A DNA stretch of 64,000 nucleotides from Archangium sp. (GCA_031367385.1 JANLPS010000373.1:1-64000), one strand, 5' to 3'; positions 39,862 to 49,502 are shown, counted from the first letter of the stretch. Made by a program: numbers and translations. Notes: generated by a model not told the origin, from the sequence alone.

Positions 39862-42800
39862 GTGCCCCACGATACCCATCGTCCGATTGGTCACGTCGTC
39901 GTTCGCAACCCGCTCCTCCCGTACGACACGCTCGACGCCTTCGCGGCCGCCGCACGGCAATCGCCCGAGGCGGGGCGCGCATTCTTGCGCACGTTGATCT
40001 CGCGACCCGACGTGGCCGAGGCCCTCTATGTCGCTTCTCCCGGGCTGGTCGAAGGCGTCGAGAAGTGGGTCAAAGAGCCGATGAGCGAGCGGGGGCGCAA
40101 GGTCGAGCGCGCGCTGATCAGCTACCTCGAGCGCATGTCGACCCGGTGCACGCCGTTCGGGTTGTTCGCCAGCGTGTCGATGGGCAAGGTGGTCGCGAAG
40201 AGCAGCCGTACCGAGGTCGCGCCACTCGATGACATTCGTCGGAGAACCAGGCTCGACAACGGGTACCTGCAGGCGCTCTGCGAGAAGCTGACGCTGCGGC
40301 CCGAGGTGCGGCGAGGGCTCAAGTACACTCCCAATGAAACGCTGCACCAGGTCGGGGAGCGGCTGCATTTCGTCACCGCTCGCCAAGACAGTGGTCGCCG
40401 GGTCTACGACTTGAGCGCGGTCGATGCGCTCGAGGCGCTGACCACCCACGTGTTGCCGGCGGCGCGGCACGGCGGCACTCCGGCGCAGCTGACCCAGGCG
40501 TTGCTTCAGGCGATGCCCGAGCTGAGTCAAGAAGAGGCCTCGGGCTTCATTGATCAGCTGATCGACGCGCAGATCATCTTGGGCTCGCTCTCGGTGCCGT
40601 TGACCGGGCGCGAGGGCATCGACGCGGTGCTCGAACAGCTGCGCAGCCTCGAAGGCGTGGGTACCGAGATCAAAGCGCTCGAGGCCATTCGCCTGGCGAT
40701 CGCCGAAATCGACAAGACCATCAGCAACACCGCGGCGCCCTACGAGGCGCTGGGCAAGATTCTCGAGCCGCTCGAGATACCCTTCGAGAAGGGGCAGCTG
40801 GTGCAGGTCGATTTGGCGCGGCTGGGTGACCGCTTCGAGCTGCCAGAGTCGCTGATTCGGCAGATGGCCAGGGTGGCCAGCGTGCTCGCGTGCGCGAACC
40901 CCGCGGGCGATGACCCGCTGAAGACCTTTCGAGACGCCTTCAGCGCGCGCTACGAGGGCGCCGAGGTGCCGTTGCTCGAGGCGCTCGATGATGAAGCGGG
41001 GGTCGGCTTCACCTCTGAGAATGCCGGTCACGCCGCTCCGCTGCTCAAAGACGTGCACTTCACCCCTCGCAACCTCGCGACCCAACAGCAAGACCTCGAC
41101 TGGGACCAATGGGTCGGTGGGCTGATTCTGCAGGCGCAGATCGATGGCACCAACGAAATCGTGCTCAGTGAAGCCGACCTCGAGCACCGAGCGCAGCGGT
41201 CGAACCCCTTCGCAGAATCGCTGGTGCTCTTCACCACCTTGTTCAATCGAAAGCCGGGCAGCGCTGACCCGGTCGCCTACGTCTCGGGCATGGGAGGGCC
41301 TTCATCTGAGTCATTGTTCGGCCGGTTCGCGTGGCTCGATGAGCGGCTCGAGAAGGGTGTTCGCGAGGGGCTGGCGGCTGAAGAGAAACTTCGGCCCGAG
41401 GCCCGCTTTGCCGAGTTGGTGCATTCTCCAGAGGGCCGGTCGGGCAACGTCATCGCCAGGCCCGCGGTGCGAGCGCTCGAGATACCCATTCTGTCGCGCG
41501 GCGGGCTGCCCGCGTCGCAGACGGTGCGGCTCGATGATCTGCTGCTCTCGATCAGGCGGGGTCGGCTGGTGCTGCGCTCGGCCTCGCTCGACTGCGAGAT
41601 CGTGCCGCGCCTGACCAACGCTCACAACTACGCCTTCTTGGGTCTGCCGCTCTACCGCTTTCTGGCGACGATGCAGGGAGAAGGGCTGCCGCGTGCCGGT
41701 CTGTGGTCGTGGGGCAGCCACCGCAGCGCGCCCGTGTTGCCGCGGGTGCGCGTGGGCAACCTGATCATCGTCTTGGGTCGCTGGGAGCTGGGTGAAGGGC
41801 TGCTCAAGTCGCTGAGCACGGTCGCCGCGGTCAAAGCGCTGGCCGCCAAGCTGAAGTGGCCACGCTTCGTCGTGGCGCGCGAGAACGACAACACCCTCGC
41901 CATCGACCTCGAAAACGACCTCTCGGTCGAGACCTTCGTCGACAGCTACAACCACCGTCCCAAGGCGACCATCGAAGAAGATCTCGACCGCCGCTACGGC
42001 AGCCCCTTCGTGAACCACGAGGGCAGCTTCGCCAACGAGGTGCTGGTGCCGATGGTCGCCAACGAGCGCCGGTACCCCGCGCTGCAGAAGCTGCCCGCCG
42101 CCAAGCTCGACCGGGTGTTCATGCCTGGCAACGACTGGCTGTATTTGCGCGTTCACGTCACGCCAGCGATGGCCGAGCGGGTGCTCACCACCACGGTGCC
42201 CGAGGTGCTCGCGTGGGCGCGTGGCACCGGTGAGCTCAAACGCTGGTTCTTCATTCGCTACGACGAGCAGGGGCATCACCTGCGGCTGCGTTTTCAGGGG
42301 CCTCCGGCGTGGCTGCGAGAGCAGCTCTTTCCCAAGCTCGAGGCCGCGGTGCGCCCGTGGGTTGACGCGAAGATCGTCTCTCGCTTGGTGATTGATACCT
42401 ACCGGCGCGAGGTCGAGCGCTACGGCGGCCCGCACTCGATGCCGTTGGCCGAGGCGTGGTTCGAGGCGGCCAGCGACGAGGCGCTCGAGCTGATTCAGCT
42501 GTTGCCCCGCGACAGTGATCTCGAGGCGCGCGGGTGGGCGGCCTTCGTCGGCGTGAATCGAATCATGAGCCTGTTGCTCGACACCGACGAGCAGCGCATC
42601 AAGGGGCTCGAGAACTGGCGCACCTCACTGTTCGAAGAGAACGGAGGCGGCTCGACGCTCGAGACCTCACTCTCGAAGATCGCCCGGTCGCATCGGGCGC
42701 TGACCGGGCAACTGGTGACCGGCGCGATGCCCGACACGATGGGCGAGGCGGCCCCGGTGCTGGCCAGGTACACCGGCGTGCTCTCTGACATCGCCGCGGG

Positions 42801-42981
42801 GTTCAAGCGCCTCGACGGTGAAAAGGCGTTGACCACCTCGTTGGGCGAAATCGGGGGCGCGTTGATGCACATGCATGTCAACCGGCTGCTCCGCGCTCAA
42901 CAACGCCGTCAGGAGCTGGTGCTGTACGACCTGCTCGCTCGACACTTGAAGTCGCAACAAGGGCGAACTCGAAAGGGTTGA
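39862..42981 (+). CDS. lanB: Class I lanthipeptide dehydratase (glutamylation plus elimination domains)
   Basis: VVRNPLLP, YLERMSTRCTPFGLFA, QVDL, FGRF, NVIARP, PRLTNAHN; C-terminal WFFIRYD..HHLRLRF, YRREVERYGG, HMHVNRL. Probable GTG start at 39862. Confidence 0.95.
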   Translation: MPHDTHRPIGHVVVRNPLLPYDTLDAFAAAARQSPEAGRAFLRTLISRPDVAEALYVASPGLVEGVEKWVKEPMSERGRKVERALISYLERMSTRCTPFGLFASVSMGKVVAKSSRTEVAPLDDIRRRTRLDNGYLQALCEKLTLRPEVRRGLKYTPNETLHQVGERLHFVTARQDSGRRVYDLSAVDALEALTTHVLPAARHGGTPAQLTQALLQAMPELSQEEASGFIDQLIDAQIILGSLSVPLTGREGIDAVLEQLRSLEGVGTEIKALEAIRLAIAEIDKTISNTAAPYEALGKILEPLEIPFEKGQLVQVDLARLGDRFELPESLIRQMARVASVLACANPAGDDPLKTFRDAFSARYEGAEVPLLEALDDEAGVGFTSENAGHAAPLLKDVHFTPRNLATQQQDLDWDQWVGGLILQAQIDGTNEIVLSEADLEHRAQRSNPFAESLVLFTTLFNRKPGSADPVAYVSGMGGPSSESLFGRFAWLDERLEKGVREGLAAEEKLRPEARFAELVHSPEGRSGNVIARPAVRALEIPILSRGGLPASQTVRLDDLLLSIRRGRLVLRSASLDCEIVPRLTNAHNYAFLGLPLYRFLATMQGEGLPRAGLWSWGSHRSAPVLPRVRVGNLIIVLGRWELGEGLLKSLSTVAAVKALAAKLKWPRFVVARENDNTLAIDLENDLSVETFVDSYNHRPKATIEEDLDRRYGSPFVNHEGSFANEVLVPMVANERRYPALQKLPAAKLDRVFMPGNDWLYLRVHVTPAMAERVLTTTVPEVLAWARGTGELKRWFFIRYDEQGHHLRLRFQGPPAWLREQLFPKLEAAVRPWVDAKIVSRLVIDTYRREVERYGGPHSMPLAEAWFEAASDEALELIQLLPRDSDLEARGWAAFVGVNRIMSLLLDTDEQRIKGLENWRTSLFEENGGGSTLETSLSKIARSHRALTGQLVTGAMPDTMGEAAPVLARYTGVLSDIAAGFKRLDGEKALTTSLGEIGGALMHMHVNRLLRAQQRRQELVLYDLLARHLKSQQGRTRKG

Positions 42982-42993
42982 AGGGGTGAGGTG

Positions 42994-44232
42994 ATGGCGG
43001 CCATTGCATGGGAGACCCCCGTCGTGCACGACCCGGGGTCGGTACGGCGAGCACAGAGCGAGGTCGAGCGGCTGGCGGCCAAGCTCATCGCAGGCTGGGA
43101 GCAACACGTCTCGATGTTCGGCCTGATCGAAGGCAAGGTCGGCGTCGCCTTCACCCTGTTCGAGCTCGCGGCTGCGGGGCTGGCCGAGGTCGACGATCAC
43201 GCAGAGCGCGCGCTCGTTGCCGCGGTTGAACAGTTCAATTCAAGCGGCGCCAACCCCGGGCTGCATGCGGGCGTCGCCGGGCTGGGGTGGTTGGTCGACG
43301 CGTGGCTCGGCGAAGAAGACCTGTGTGGGCCGATCGACGACTCGCTGCGCGAGAAGGTGTCGCAGATGAAAAACGAGCCGAACATCGGGCTGCGGTTGGG
43401 GCTCTCTGGCATCGGGCTGTACGCGGTGCGCCGGGCACCTCGGGTAGCGTCAGCACGGCTGCTGCTCGAGGAGATCTCCCAGACCCTGACCAGCTCGGTT
43501 CGGCGAGCGCCCGAAGGCCTCACGTGGAACACGTCGGCCGCGTATCTGAAGGCCCGGGGCGCAGAAGGTTTCTTCGCCACGCCTCAACAGAACATTCGTG
43601 AATATGGCTCGGCCCATGGCGTGGCGCCGCTGTGCCTTTTGCTGAGCCAGCTCGAGAAACTGCGCGTGCCCGCGGCCAGCCCCGTGGTCGAGACGCTGCG
43701 CTGGGTCTGGGGGTCGACCAAAGCCGAGCCCAATCGCTTCGGCTACGCGGTCGGCGATTCGACCCGGGTGCCGCTCAACACCTTCACCTGGTGCACCGGA
43801 GACCCCGGCACCGCCTTGCCCTGCTGGCTCGCAGCGACCAGCAGCGATTTGCACCCCGAGGCTGATCATTTTTTGACCTTCGGCAGGTCGTTGGCTCAGC
43901 GAATCGTCGACGGTGAACGGCCCGGCCTGGAAGGGCGTATTGATCTCTGCTGCGGGCTCTCAGGCGTGCTGCAAGTCTTCTCAGGGTGGGCCGCGATGTC
44001 AGGCGACCCGCTTTTTGCCGAAGCCTCGCGGGTGCTGCTGAAGCGGTTGCTCGACGAGCTCGCCGGGTTTGAGCTGTCTCGAATGAGCCTCGACCTGCAG
44101 TTCGGCATCGGCGGCGTCGCGGCGACCCTGTTGGCCCAGGTGAACGGCAAGGCTCCCTCGTGGGCGGGCCCGCTGGCGATGGTGCTCCCTGACGTCAAGC
44201 AGCCCCCGACCCAGAGCCACGGGGGCCCCTGA
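42994..44232 (+). CDS. lanC: LanC-like lanthionine synthetase (divergent motifs)
   Basis: GLHAGVAG, GSAHGVA, WCTGDPG, LCCGLSG, LQFGIGG; 12 nt after lanB with a GAGG RBS. Confidence 0.85.
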   Translation: MAAIAWETPVVHDPGSVRRAQSEVERLAAKLIAGWEQHVSMFGLIEGKVGVAFTLFELAAAGLAEVDDHAERALVAAVEQFNSSGANPGLHAGVAGLGWLVDAWLGEEDLCGPIDDSLREKVSQMKNEPNIGLRLGLSGIGLYAVRRAPRVASARLLLEEISQTLTSSVRRAPEGLTWNTSAAYLKARGAEGFFATPQQNIREYGSAHGVAPLCLLLSQLEKLRVPAASPVVETLRWVWGSTKAEPNRFGYAVGDSTRVPLNTFTWCTGDPGTALPCWLAATSSDLHPEADHFLTFGRSLAQRIVDGERPGLEGRIDLCCGLSGVLQVFSGWAAMSGDPLFAEASRVLLKRLLDELAGFELSRMSLDLQFGIGGVAATLLAQVNGKAPSWAGPLAMVLPDVKQPPTQSHGGP

Positions 44233-44267
44233 GCTTTCAGCCCGGGCTCGCGCGTCTTGCCCAGTGC

Positions 44268-45221
44268 GTGCGCTGGGCTCTGATCATCGTGGTGGCGGGG
44301 TGCGGGTCTGGCTGCCAGGCGCTGGTCGGCGACGTCGTGCCATCGGGCCTCGACGCGGGGCACGCGGGTGAAGCAGACGCCGCGGTCGACGGGGGTGCGC
44401 TGGCCGATGCAGGTGTGCTCGCCGACGCCGGGTCGCTGGTCGATGCGGGCACGTCGGTTGACGCGGGGCGGTTCTACGGCACCGACCGCGCCCAGTTCTT
44501 CGGAGCGCCCCGGTGCAGCCGCGACGTAGTGCTCTGCGACGACTTCGAGTCGCGAGACGCCGGCGATTTCCCCGACCCGTTGACGTGGAGCCGCAACGCG
44601 ACCGCCGGCATCACCATCGCCATCGATACGACCCGGGCGGCCCGTGGCACCAAATCGGTTCGCTTCACCACGCCCAACGTGCCGAGCGAGGCGTACATTC
44701 GCGAGACCAAGTCGTTCGCGGTGACCCACAACGCGTTCTACGGCCGCCTCTTTTATTACCAGCAGACACCAGGGCCCCAGAAGTTCGCCCACTGGAACGT
44801 GATTGAAGCCACCGGGCCCCAGGTCGTCGACGGCGTGCAGATGACCTCGTTCTACCGCTACGGCGGCGTCTCGCTGGGCGGCATCTTCAACAACTACCTC
44901 TTTCAATTCGAGCATCGCCCCCGCGAGCCGAACTACGTCGAGATCGGCCAAGCCGAAGACAAGCAGCTCGAGCCGCTGGGCCAGTGGGTCTGCCTGGAGT
45001 GGTTCTTCGACGGCGACGCGACAGAAGGCCGGCTGTGGAAAGACGGAGTCGAGCTGCCCGCGCTGCACGCGACGAGCCCTTTCAACGGAGTGAGCTTCAC
45101 GATGCCGGTCTTCAACGGGCTCAACATCGGCTGGGCGCACTACCAGAACCCTGAAGCGGGGTTCGAGGTGTGGGTCGACGAGGTCGCGGTCGATACCCAG
45201 CGAATCGGGTGCAACAACTAA
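44268..45221 (+). CDS. Lipoprotein with DAG linker and beta-sandwich (Cip1/lectin/lyase-like) domain
   Basis: VVAGC lipobox; LCDDFES...IDTTRAARGTKSV...YGRLFYY...WVCLEW...VWVDEVAVDTQRIGC. Confidence 0.7.
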   Translation: MRWALIIVVAGCGSGCQALVGDVVPSGLDAGHAGEADAAVDGGALADAGVLADAGSLVDAGTSVDAGRFYGTDRAQFFGAPRCSRDVVLCDDFESRDAGDFPDPLTWSRNATAGITIAIDTTRAARGTKSVRFTTPNVPSEAYIRETKSFAVTHNAFYGRLFYYQQTPGPQKFAHWNVIEATGPQVVDGVQMTSFYRYGGVSLGGIFNNYLFQFEHRPREPNYVEIGQAEDKQLEPLGQWVCLEWFFDGDATEGRLWKDGVELPALHATSPFNGVSFTMPVFNGLNIGWAHYQNPEAGFEVWVDEVAVDTQRIGCNN

Positions 45222-46486
45222 CGGTCGTGATCAGCCACCAGCTCGTGGCGCCCCAGCAGCCGGTAAAACGCGCTGCGAGCGAGGCCCGCTTCACGCGCGG
45301 CGGCCGAGACATTGCCGTGGTGCCGTTCGAGCAACGTTCGCAGGTACTCACGCTCGAAGGCATCGAGCACCTTGTGGCGCGCCGCCTGAAACGTGGTGGG
45401 GGCGTCGGCGGCGCGCTCGAGCTTCCACTCCCCCAGCGCGAGGGCTCGGGTCACCGCGTTGCGCAGCTCTCGCACGTTGCCCGGCCACGCCTCGAGCTGC
45501 AGCGCCTCGAGCGTCGCGGCCGAGCAGTGCACGCCAATGCCGCGAAATTGCCGGGCGAACAGCTCAACCAGCAGGGTGATGTCATCGCGCCGTTCACGCA
45601 GCGGCGGCAGCACCACCTCGGCCACCGCCAGCCGGTAGTAGAGGTCTTCGCGGTAGGTGCCTTCGCGCACCGCGAGCGAGAGGTCGCGCTGGGTGCTGGC
45701 CAGCAGCCGGGCGGGCGTCTTGCGACGAACGGTGTCACCGACGCGCAGGTAGTCTCTCGACTCGAGCAGCCGCAACAGGCGAGGTTGCAGCTCGAGGGGC
45801 AGCGCCCCGACTTCATCGAGCAACACGGTGCCGTCACCGGCCGATTCGATCAACCCGGCCTGATCTCGCTCGGCCCCGGTGAAGGCTCCGCGCACGTGGC
45901 CGAAGAGCTGGCTCTCGAACAGCTCGGGGCTGGCCGCGGCGCACTCGAAGACGACGAAGGGCTTGGCAGCGCGTTGAGAATTCAAGTGCAGCGCTCGGGC
46001 CGCGGCCTCTTTGCCGGTGCCGTTCTCGCCGACGAACAACACCGTGGCATCGCTCGACGAGAGTCGCTCGAGAGCGGCGAAGACTTGCCGCATCGCGACC
46101 GATTGGCCGAGCAGGTCTCCGAAGCTCGAGGCGGTGCTGGGCTCGAGGCCGTGGTGCGCGATGGCGCGAATGGCCAGGGTCGAGCGGCCGACCGTGACGC
46201 TCGCTCCCAGCGGTACCATCGCCTCGGAGACGCGGGCTCCCAAGAACGAGACGCCGTTGCGGCTGCCCAGGTCGCGCACCCTCACTCGCCCGGCCAACAA
46301 TTCGAAGCTGACGTGGCGGCGCGAGACCGCGCGATCATCGAGCACCAGGTCGCACTCGGTGCCGCTGCCGACGAAGAGGGTGCCGCGATCGAGCCGCATC
46401 TTCTGGCCTGCCGACGGGCCCGCGACGACTTCGACCCAGATTGGCTCCGATTGCCCGTCTTCGGGCGTGAAGGCTTCAGTGCTCAC
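45218..46486 (-). CDS. FHA-domain sigma54-dependent transcriptional activator
   Basis: VSRRH...DLGSRNG FHA; GENGTGKE; GAFTGA; LLDEVG; WPGNVREL; Fis-type HTH. GTG start at 46486 with GGAG RBS. Confidence 0.93.
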   Translation of the reverse strand: MSTEAFTPEDGQSEPIWVEVVAGPSAGQKMRLDRGTLFVGSGTECDLVLDDRAVSRRHVSFELLAGRVRVRDLGSRNGVSFLGARVSEAMVPLGASVTVGRSTLAIRAIAHHGLEPSTASSFGDLLGQSVAMRQVFAALERLSSSDATVLFVGENGTGKEAAARALHLNSQRAAKPFVVFECAAASPELFESQLFGHVRGAFTGAERDQAGLIESAGDGTVLLDEVGALPLELQPRLLRLLESRDYLRVGDTVRRKTPARLLASTQRDLSLAVREGTYREDLYYRLAVAEVVLPPLRERRDDITLLVELFARQFRGIGVHCSAATLEALQLEAWPGNVRELRNAVTRALALGEWKLERAADAPTTFQAARHKVLDAFEREYLRTLLERHHGNVSAAAREAGLARSAFYRLLGRHELVADHDR

Positions 46487-46489
46487 CGG

Positions 46490-46926
46490 GGGCGCTCCGG
46501 AGGGTGCGAGCGAGCTGACAGATTTTCGGCCCTCGCCGAGAGTGCGCGCCAATGGGGCGGCTCGAAACGCTCTGCGCGGAGGCTTCGCTGATCATCGCGG
46601 GCGCTCCCGAGGGTGCGAGCGAGCGGGCAATTCTCGGCCTGCGCCAAGAGTGCGCCCCGATGTGGGAGCTCGGAACGCAGCGCGCGGGGGCTTCGCTGAT
46701 CATCGCGGGCGCTCCCGAGGGTGCGAGCGAACGGGCAACTCTCGGCCTTCGGCGCGAGGCGTGGTGCGCGCCGATGTGGCCTGTTCGAAACGCTCCGCGC
46801 GGAGGCTTCGCTGATTATCGCGGCAGCTTTCGAGGGTGCGAGCGAGCGGGCAATTCGCCGCGAGGCGTGATGCGCCCCGATGGGCCGGCTCGAAACGCAC
46901 TGCGCGGGGGCTACGCTGATCATCGC
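46490..46926. repeat. Four degenerate tandem copies of a ~105-115 bp unit
   Basis: GAGGGTGCGAGCGA at 46500, 46609, 46717, 46832; GCT(T/A)CGCTGAT(C/T)ATCGC at 46582, 46690, 46805, 46910. Confidence 0.9.
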
Positions 46927-48296
46927 AGCCGCTCCTTGATCACGGCCTTTTCGCCTGGAGCCAGGTGCAGCGCCTTCGAGACCGTTCGATGGGTCTCGGG
47001 GTTGCGCAGCTCGACCACCACCTCGCCGCTCTCGACGGGAAAGAGCGACATCGGCGTTTCACCGAGCAACTTGCCGCCGACATACACCTGTGCCCACGGG
47101 TCAGCGTCGACGGTCAAGTACGAGATGCTCGGCGCGACCGTCGGCACCAGCGGCGCTTGCGGCGCGCCTGGCTTCGCCTCGCTCACGCCCATCAGCATCG
47201 CCGCGACCACCGCGACGGCCGTCACCACAGCGGCACCGAGGCCCCAGGCCAACGGTCGTCGATCGCCACGTCGCAGCCCAGCGACATCTTGGGTCTCAAT
47301 CGCGTCTCGCCCGGGCCCGATCGGCGAGACCGAGCCCGTCTGTTTGCCGAGCTCGAGCGTGTGGTTGGTGTGCGCAGACAGCGTGCGCAGCTCTTCGGCG
47401 AACGCGCCTTGCACCAACGCGCCCAGGCGCGCGCTCGCGTCAGAGGGCACCGGGGGCAGCATCGCTCGCAGCGAGCGTGCATCGGGAGGCCGGCCCGCCG
47501 GGTCGCGAACCAACGCGGCGTCAATCGCCCGGCGCATCGCTTCGGGCACGCCGTCGGTGCCTGCGGGGTGCCCTTTCAGAATCGCGGCCAACGTCGCCTC
47601 CCGGGTGGCTCGCTCGAGCGGCTGCGCCAGCGTCGCGAAGTGCAGCAGCGTCAACCCGGCGGCGTACAAATCAGCACGGCGATCGACCGGCTTTCCATCG
47701 AGCTGCTCGGGCGGCAGATACGCAAGCTTGCCCAGCAGCCGCGGTTGTGCCGAATCTTCGAGCGTGTCGTTGGCGCGGGCGATACCGAAGTCGGCCAGCT
47801 TCACCACGCCATCGAGGCTGATCAGCACGTTCTGCGGAGTCACATCGCGATGCACCAACCCCAGCGGCCGCCCATCGGAGCCACGCTGCTCGTGTGCGTG
47901 GTGCAGGCCGTCGCACAGCGCCGCTCCGACCGCAGCCAGCAAGCCCTCGTCAGGCGCCTCGTTGCGTTCTTTGAGCGCGTCGATCAACCGCGAGAGCGAG
48001 ATGCCCTGCACCAGCTCCATCGCCATGAAGTACCGGCCGTCGACAACGCCCACATCGAAGATGCTGGTGACGTTGGGGTGATTCATGCGCGCAGCGAGGC
48101 GAGCCTCGTCGAGAAACATGCGCACCGCGCGGGCCCGGCTCGAGAGGTGCGGCAGCAACAACTTGAGCGCGAGGGGCTTCTCGAAGCGGCCGATGCCGGT
48201 CTGCACCGCCAAGAACACTTCACCCATGCCGCCGACGCCAAGCCGCTCACCCAGCAGATATCGACCGAACGTCAAGCCTGTGCCGCGTGCCACCAC
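46920..48296 (-). CDS. Ser/Thr protein kinase with TM helix and PEGA-like domain
   Basis: LGVGGMGEV, ALK, HRDVTPQN, DFG, GKLAYLPPE; LTVDADPWAQVYVGG..LGETP. Confidence 0.93.
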   Translation of the reverse strand: MVARGTGLTFGRYLLGERLGVGGMGEVFLAVQTGIGRFEKPLALKLLLPHLSSRARAVRMFLDEARLAARMNHPNVTSIFDVGVVDGRYFMAMELVQGISLSRLIDALKERNEAPDEGLLAAVGAALCDGLHHAHEQRGSDGRPLGLVHRDVTPQNVLISLDGVVKLADFGIARANDTLEDSAQPRLLGKLAYLPPEQLDGKPVDRRADLYAAGLTLLHFATLAQPLERATREATLAAILKGHPAGTDGVPEAMRRAIDAALVRDPAGRPPDARSLRAMLPPVPSDASARLGALVQGAFAEELRTLSAHTNHTLELGKQTGSVSPIGPGRDAIETQDVAGLRRGDRRPLAWGLGAAVVTAVAVVAAMLMGVSEAKPGAPQAPLVPTVAPSISYLTVDADPWAQVYVGGKLLGETPMSLFPVESGEVVVELRNPETHRTVSKALHLAPGEKAVIKERLR

Positions 48297-48420
48297 GGGC
48301 GCGATGGTGCAGTGCACAAGAGCCGCTTGTCTACGGGTGATCGCCAAGTAAGCCGTAAGTGAATCTGATGCCCTCGAGCGTTCTCGCCAAGGCCGTTGCT
48401 TCTGGCTACACCCGGCCCTC

Positions 48421-49377
48421 GTGAAACACCTGTTCATGTTGGTGCTGGCCGCCTGCGCTCAAGAGCCTGGCGTGGCCAAGGTCGATTACCGCCGCGTCAA
48501 ACCCCCAGTCGCCGGGGGCACGGTGATCGCCCGGTTCAGTCACGACACGGTGACAGACGCAGAGCTCACCGAACGCTTCGCCGAGATGAACCCCTACGCG
48601 AGGGCGCGCTTTCAGACCGTCGAGGCCCGCCGCGACTACCTCGACGGGTTGGTGCGCTTCGAGCTGCTCGCGCAAGAGGCGATTCACCAGGGCCTCGCCA
48701 GCGACCCCGAGGTGGTCGAGAGCGCGAAGCGGGTGATGGTGCAGCTGCTGCTGCGGCGAGAGCTCGAAGAAAAGGCGCCCACCATCACCGAGGCGCAAAT
48801 CGCCGAGTATTACCAGGCGCACCGAAGCGACTACGTGAAGCCGGTGATGACCCGGCTGTCACACATTTCGTTTTCCAAGACGCACCGCGAGCTCGCCCTT
48901 GCGACGCTCAAAGAGGTCGTGGCGTTGGCTCCGAATGACTTCGAGGCGTTCGGTCGACTGGCGAGAGAGCGCAGTGAAGAAGCACGATCCAAGGTGCTCG
49001 ATGGCGACCTGCGATACCTCAGCGATGACGAGCTCACGGCGCAGTATGGCGCGCCGATGGCCAAGGCGGCGGCGAGCTTGACCCAGCCGGGAGCGGTGGT
49101 ACCGGAGTTGGTCGAAACCGAGGCCGCGCTGCACATCGTGAAGCTGCAAAATCGGCAAATTGCATTGAACCTCGGCGTTGATCAGGCCAAGGCCTCGATT
49201 CAACAGGTGCTGTTGGCGAGCGCGAAGCAGGAGCGCTTCAAGGCCTTGCTCGAGCGGCTCAAGCGAGACGCGAGCCTCGAGGTGAACGATGCGGCACTGG
49301 CCGCGATGAAGCTCGACGTGAAGGCACCGGCGGTCGAAGTGAAGACGCCGCAGCCGGGGTATCTGTCAGGGCCCTGA
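48421..49377 (+). CDS. PpiC/parvulin-type peptidyl-prolyl isomerase lipoprotein
   Basis: VLAAC lipobox; LSHISF, F..LARERSE, DGDL, VET..ALHIVKL. Confidence 0.85.
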   Translation: MKHLFMLVLAACAQEPGVAKVDYRRVKPPVAGGTVIARFSHDTVTDAELTERFAEMNPYARARFQTVEARRDYLDGLVRFELLAQEAIHQGLASDPEVVESAKRVMVQLLLRRELEEKAPTITEAQIAEYYQAHRSDYVKPVMTRLSHISFSKTHRELALATLKEVVALAPNDFEAFGRLARERSEEARSKVLDGDLRYLSDDELTAQYGAPMAKAAASLTQPGAVVPELVETEAALHIVKLQNRQIALNLGVDQAKASIQQVLLASAKQERFKALLERLKRDASLEVNDAALAAMKLDVKAPAVEVKTPQPGYLSGP

Positions 49378-49460
49378 TTTTCGGGTCAAACCACTGCAAT
49401 CAGGTTGCCGACGTGACGTAGAGGGCCGGCCTCCCGCCGTCCCCATCACGACGGGGGGCA

Positions 49461-49502
49461 GCGGCCGTGAGCCCGGTTGATCGGGCTTACGGTCGCACTT
49501 TT
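49461..49502 (+). terminator. 16-bp hairpin with short U-tract
   Basis: GCGGCCGTGAGCCCGG-TTGA-TCGGGCTTACGGTCGC-ACTTTT; three G-U pairs that work only on the + strand. Confidence 0.65.

Noticed and set aside
46490..46926. CRISPR array
   Set aside because: Period ~110 bp, repeats degenerate, the variable parts resemble one another, and no cas genes are present.
49373..49415. c-di-GMP-I riboswitch, SRP RNA or Pxr
   Set aside because: Only short word-level resemblance; the defining conserved cores are absent.
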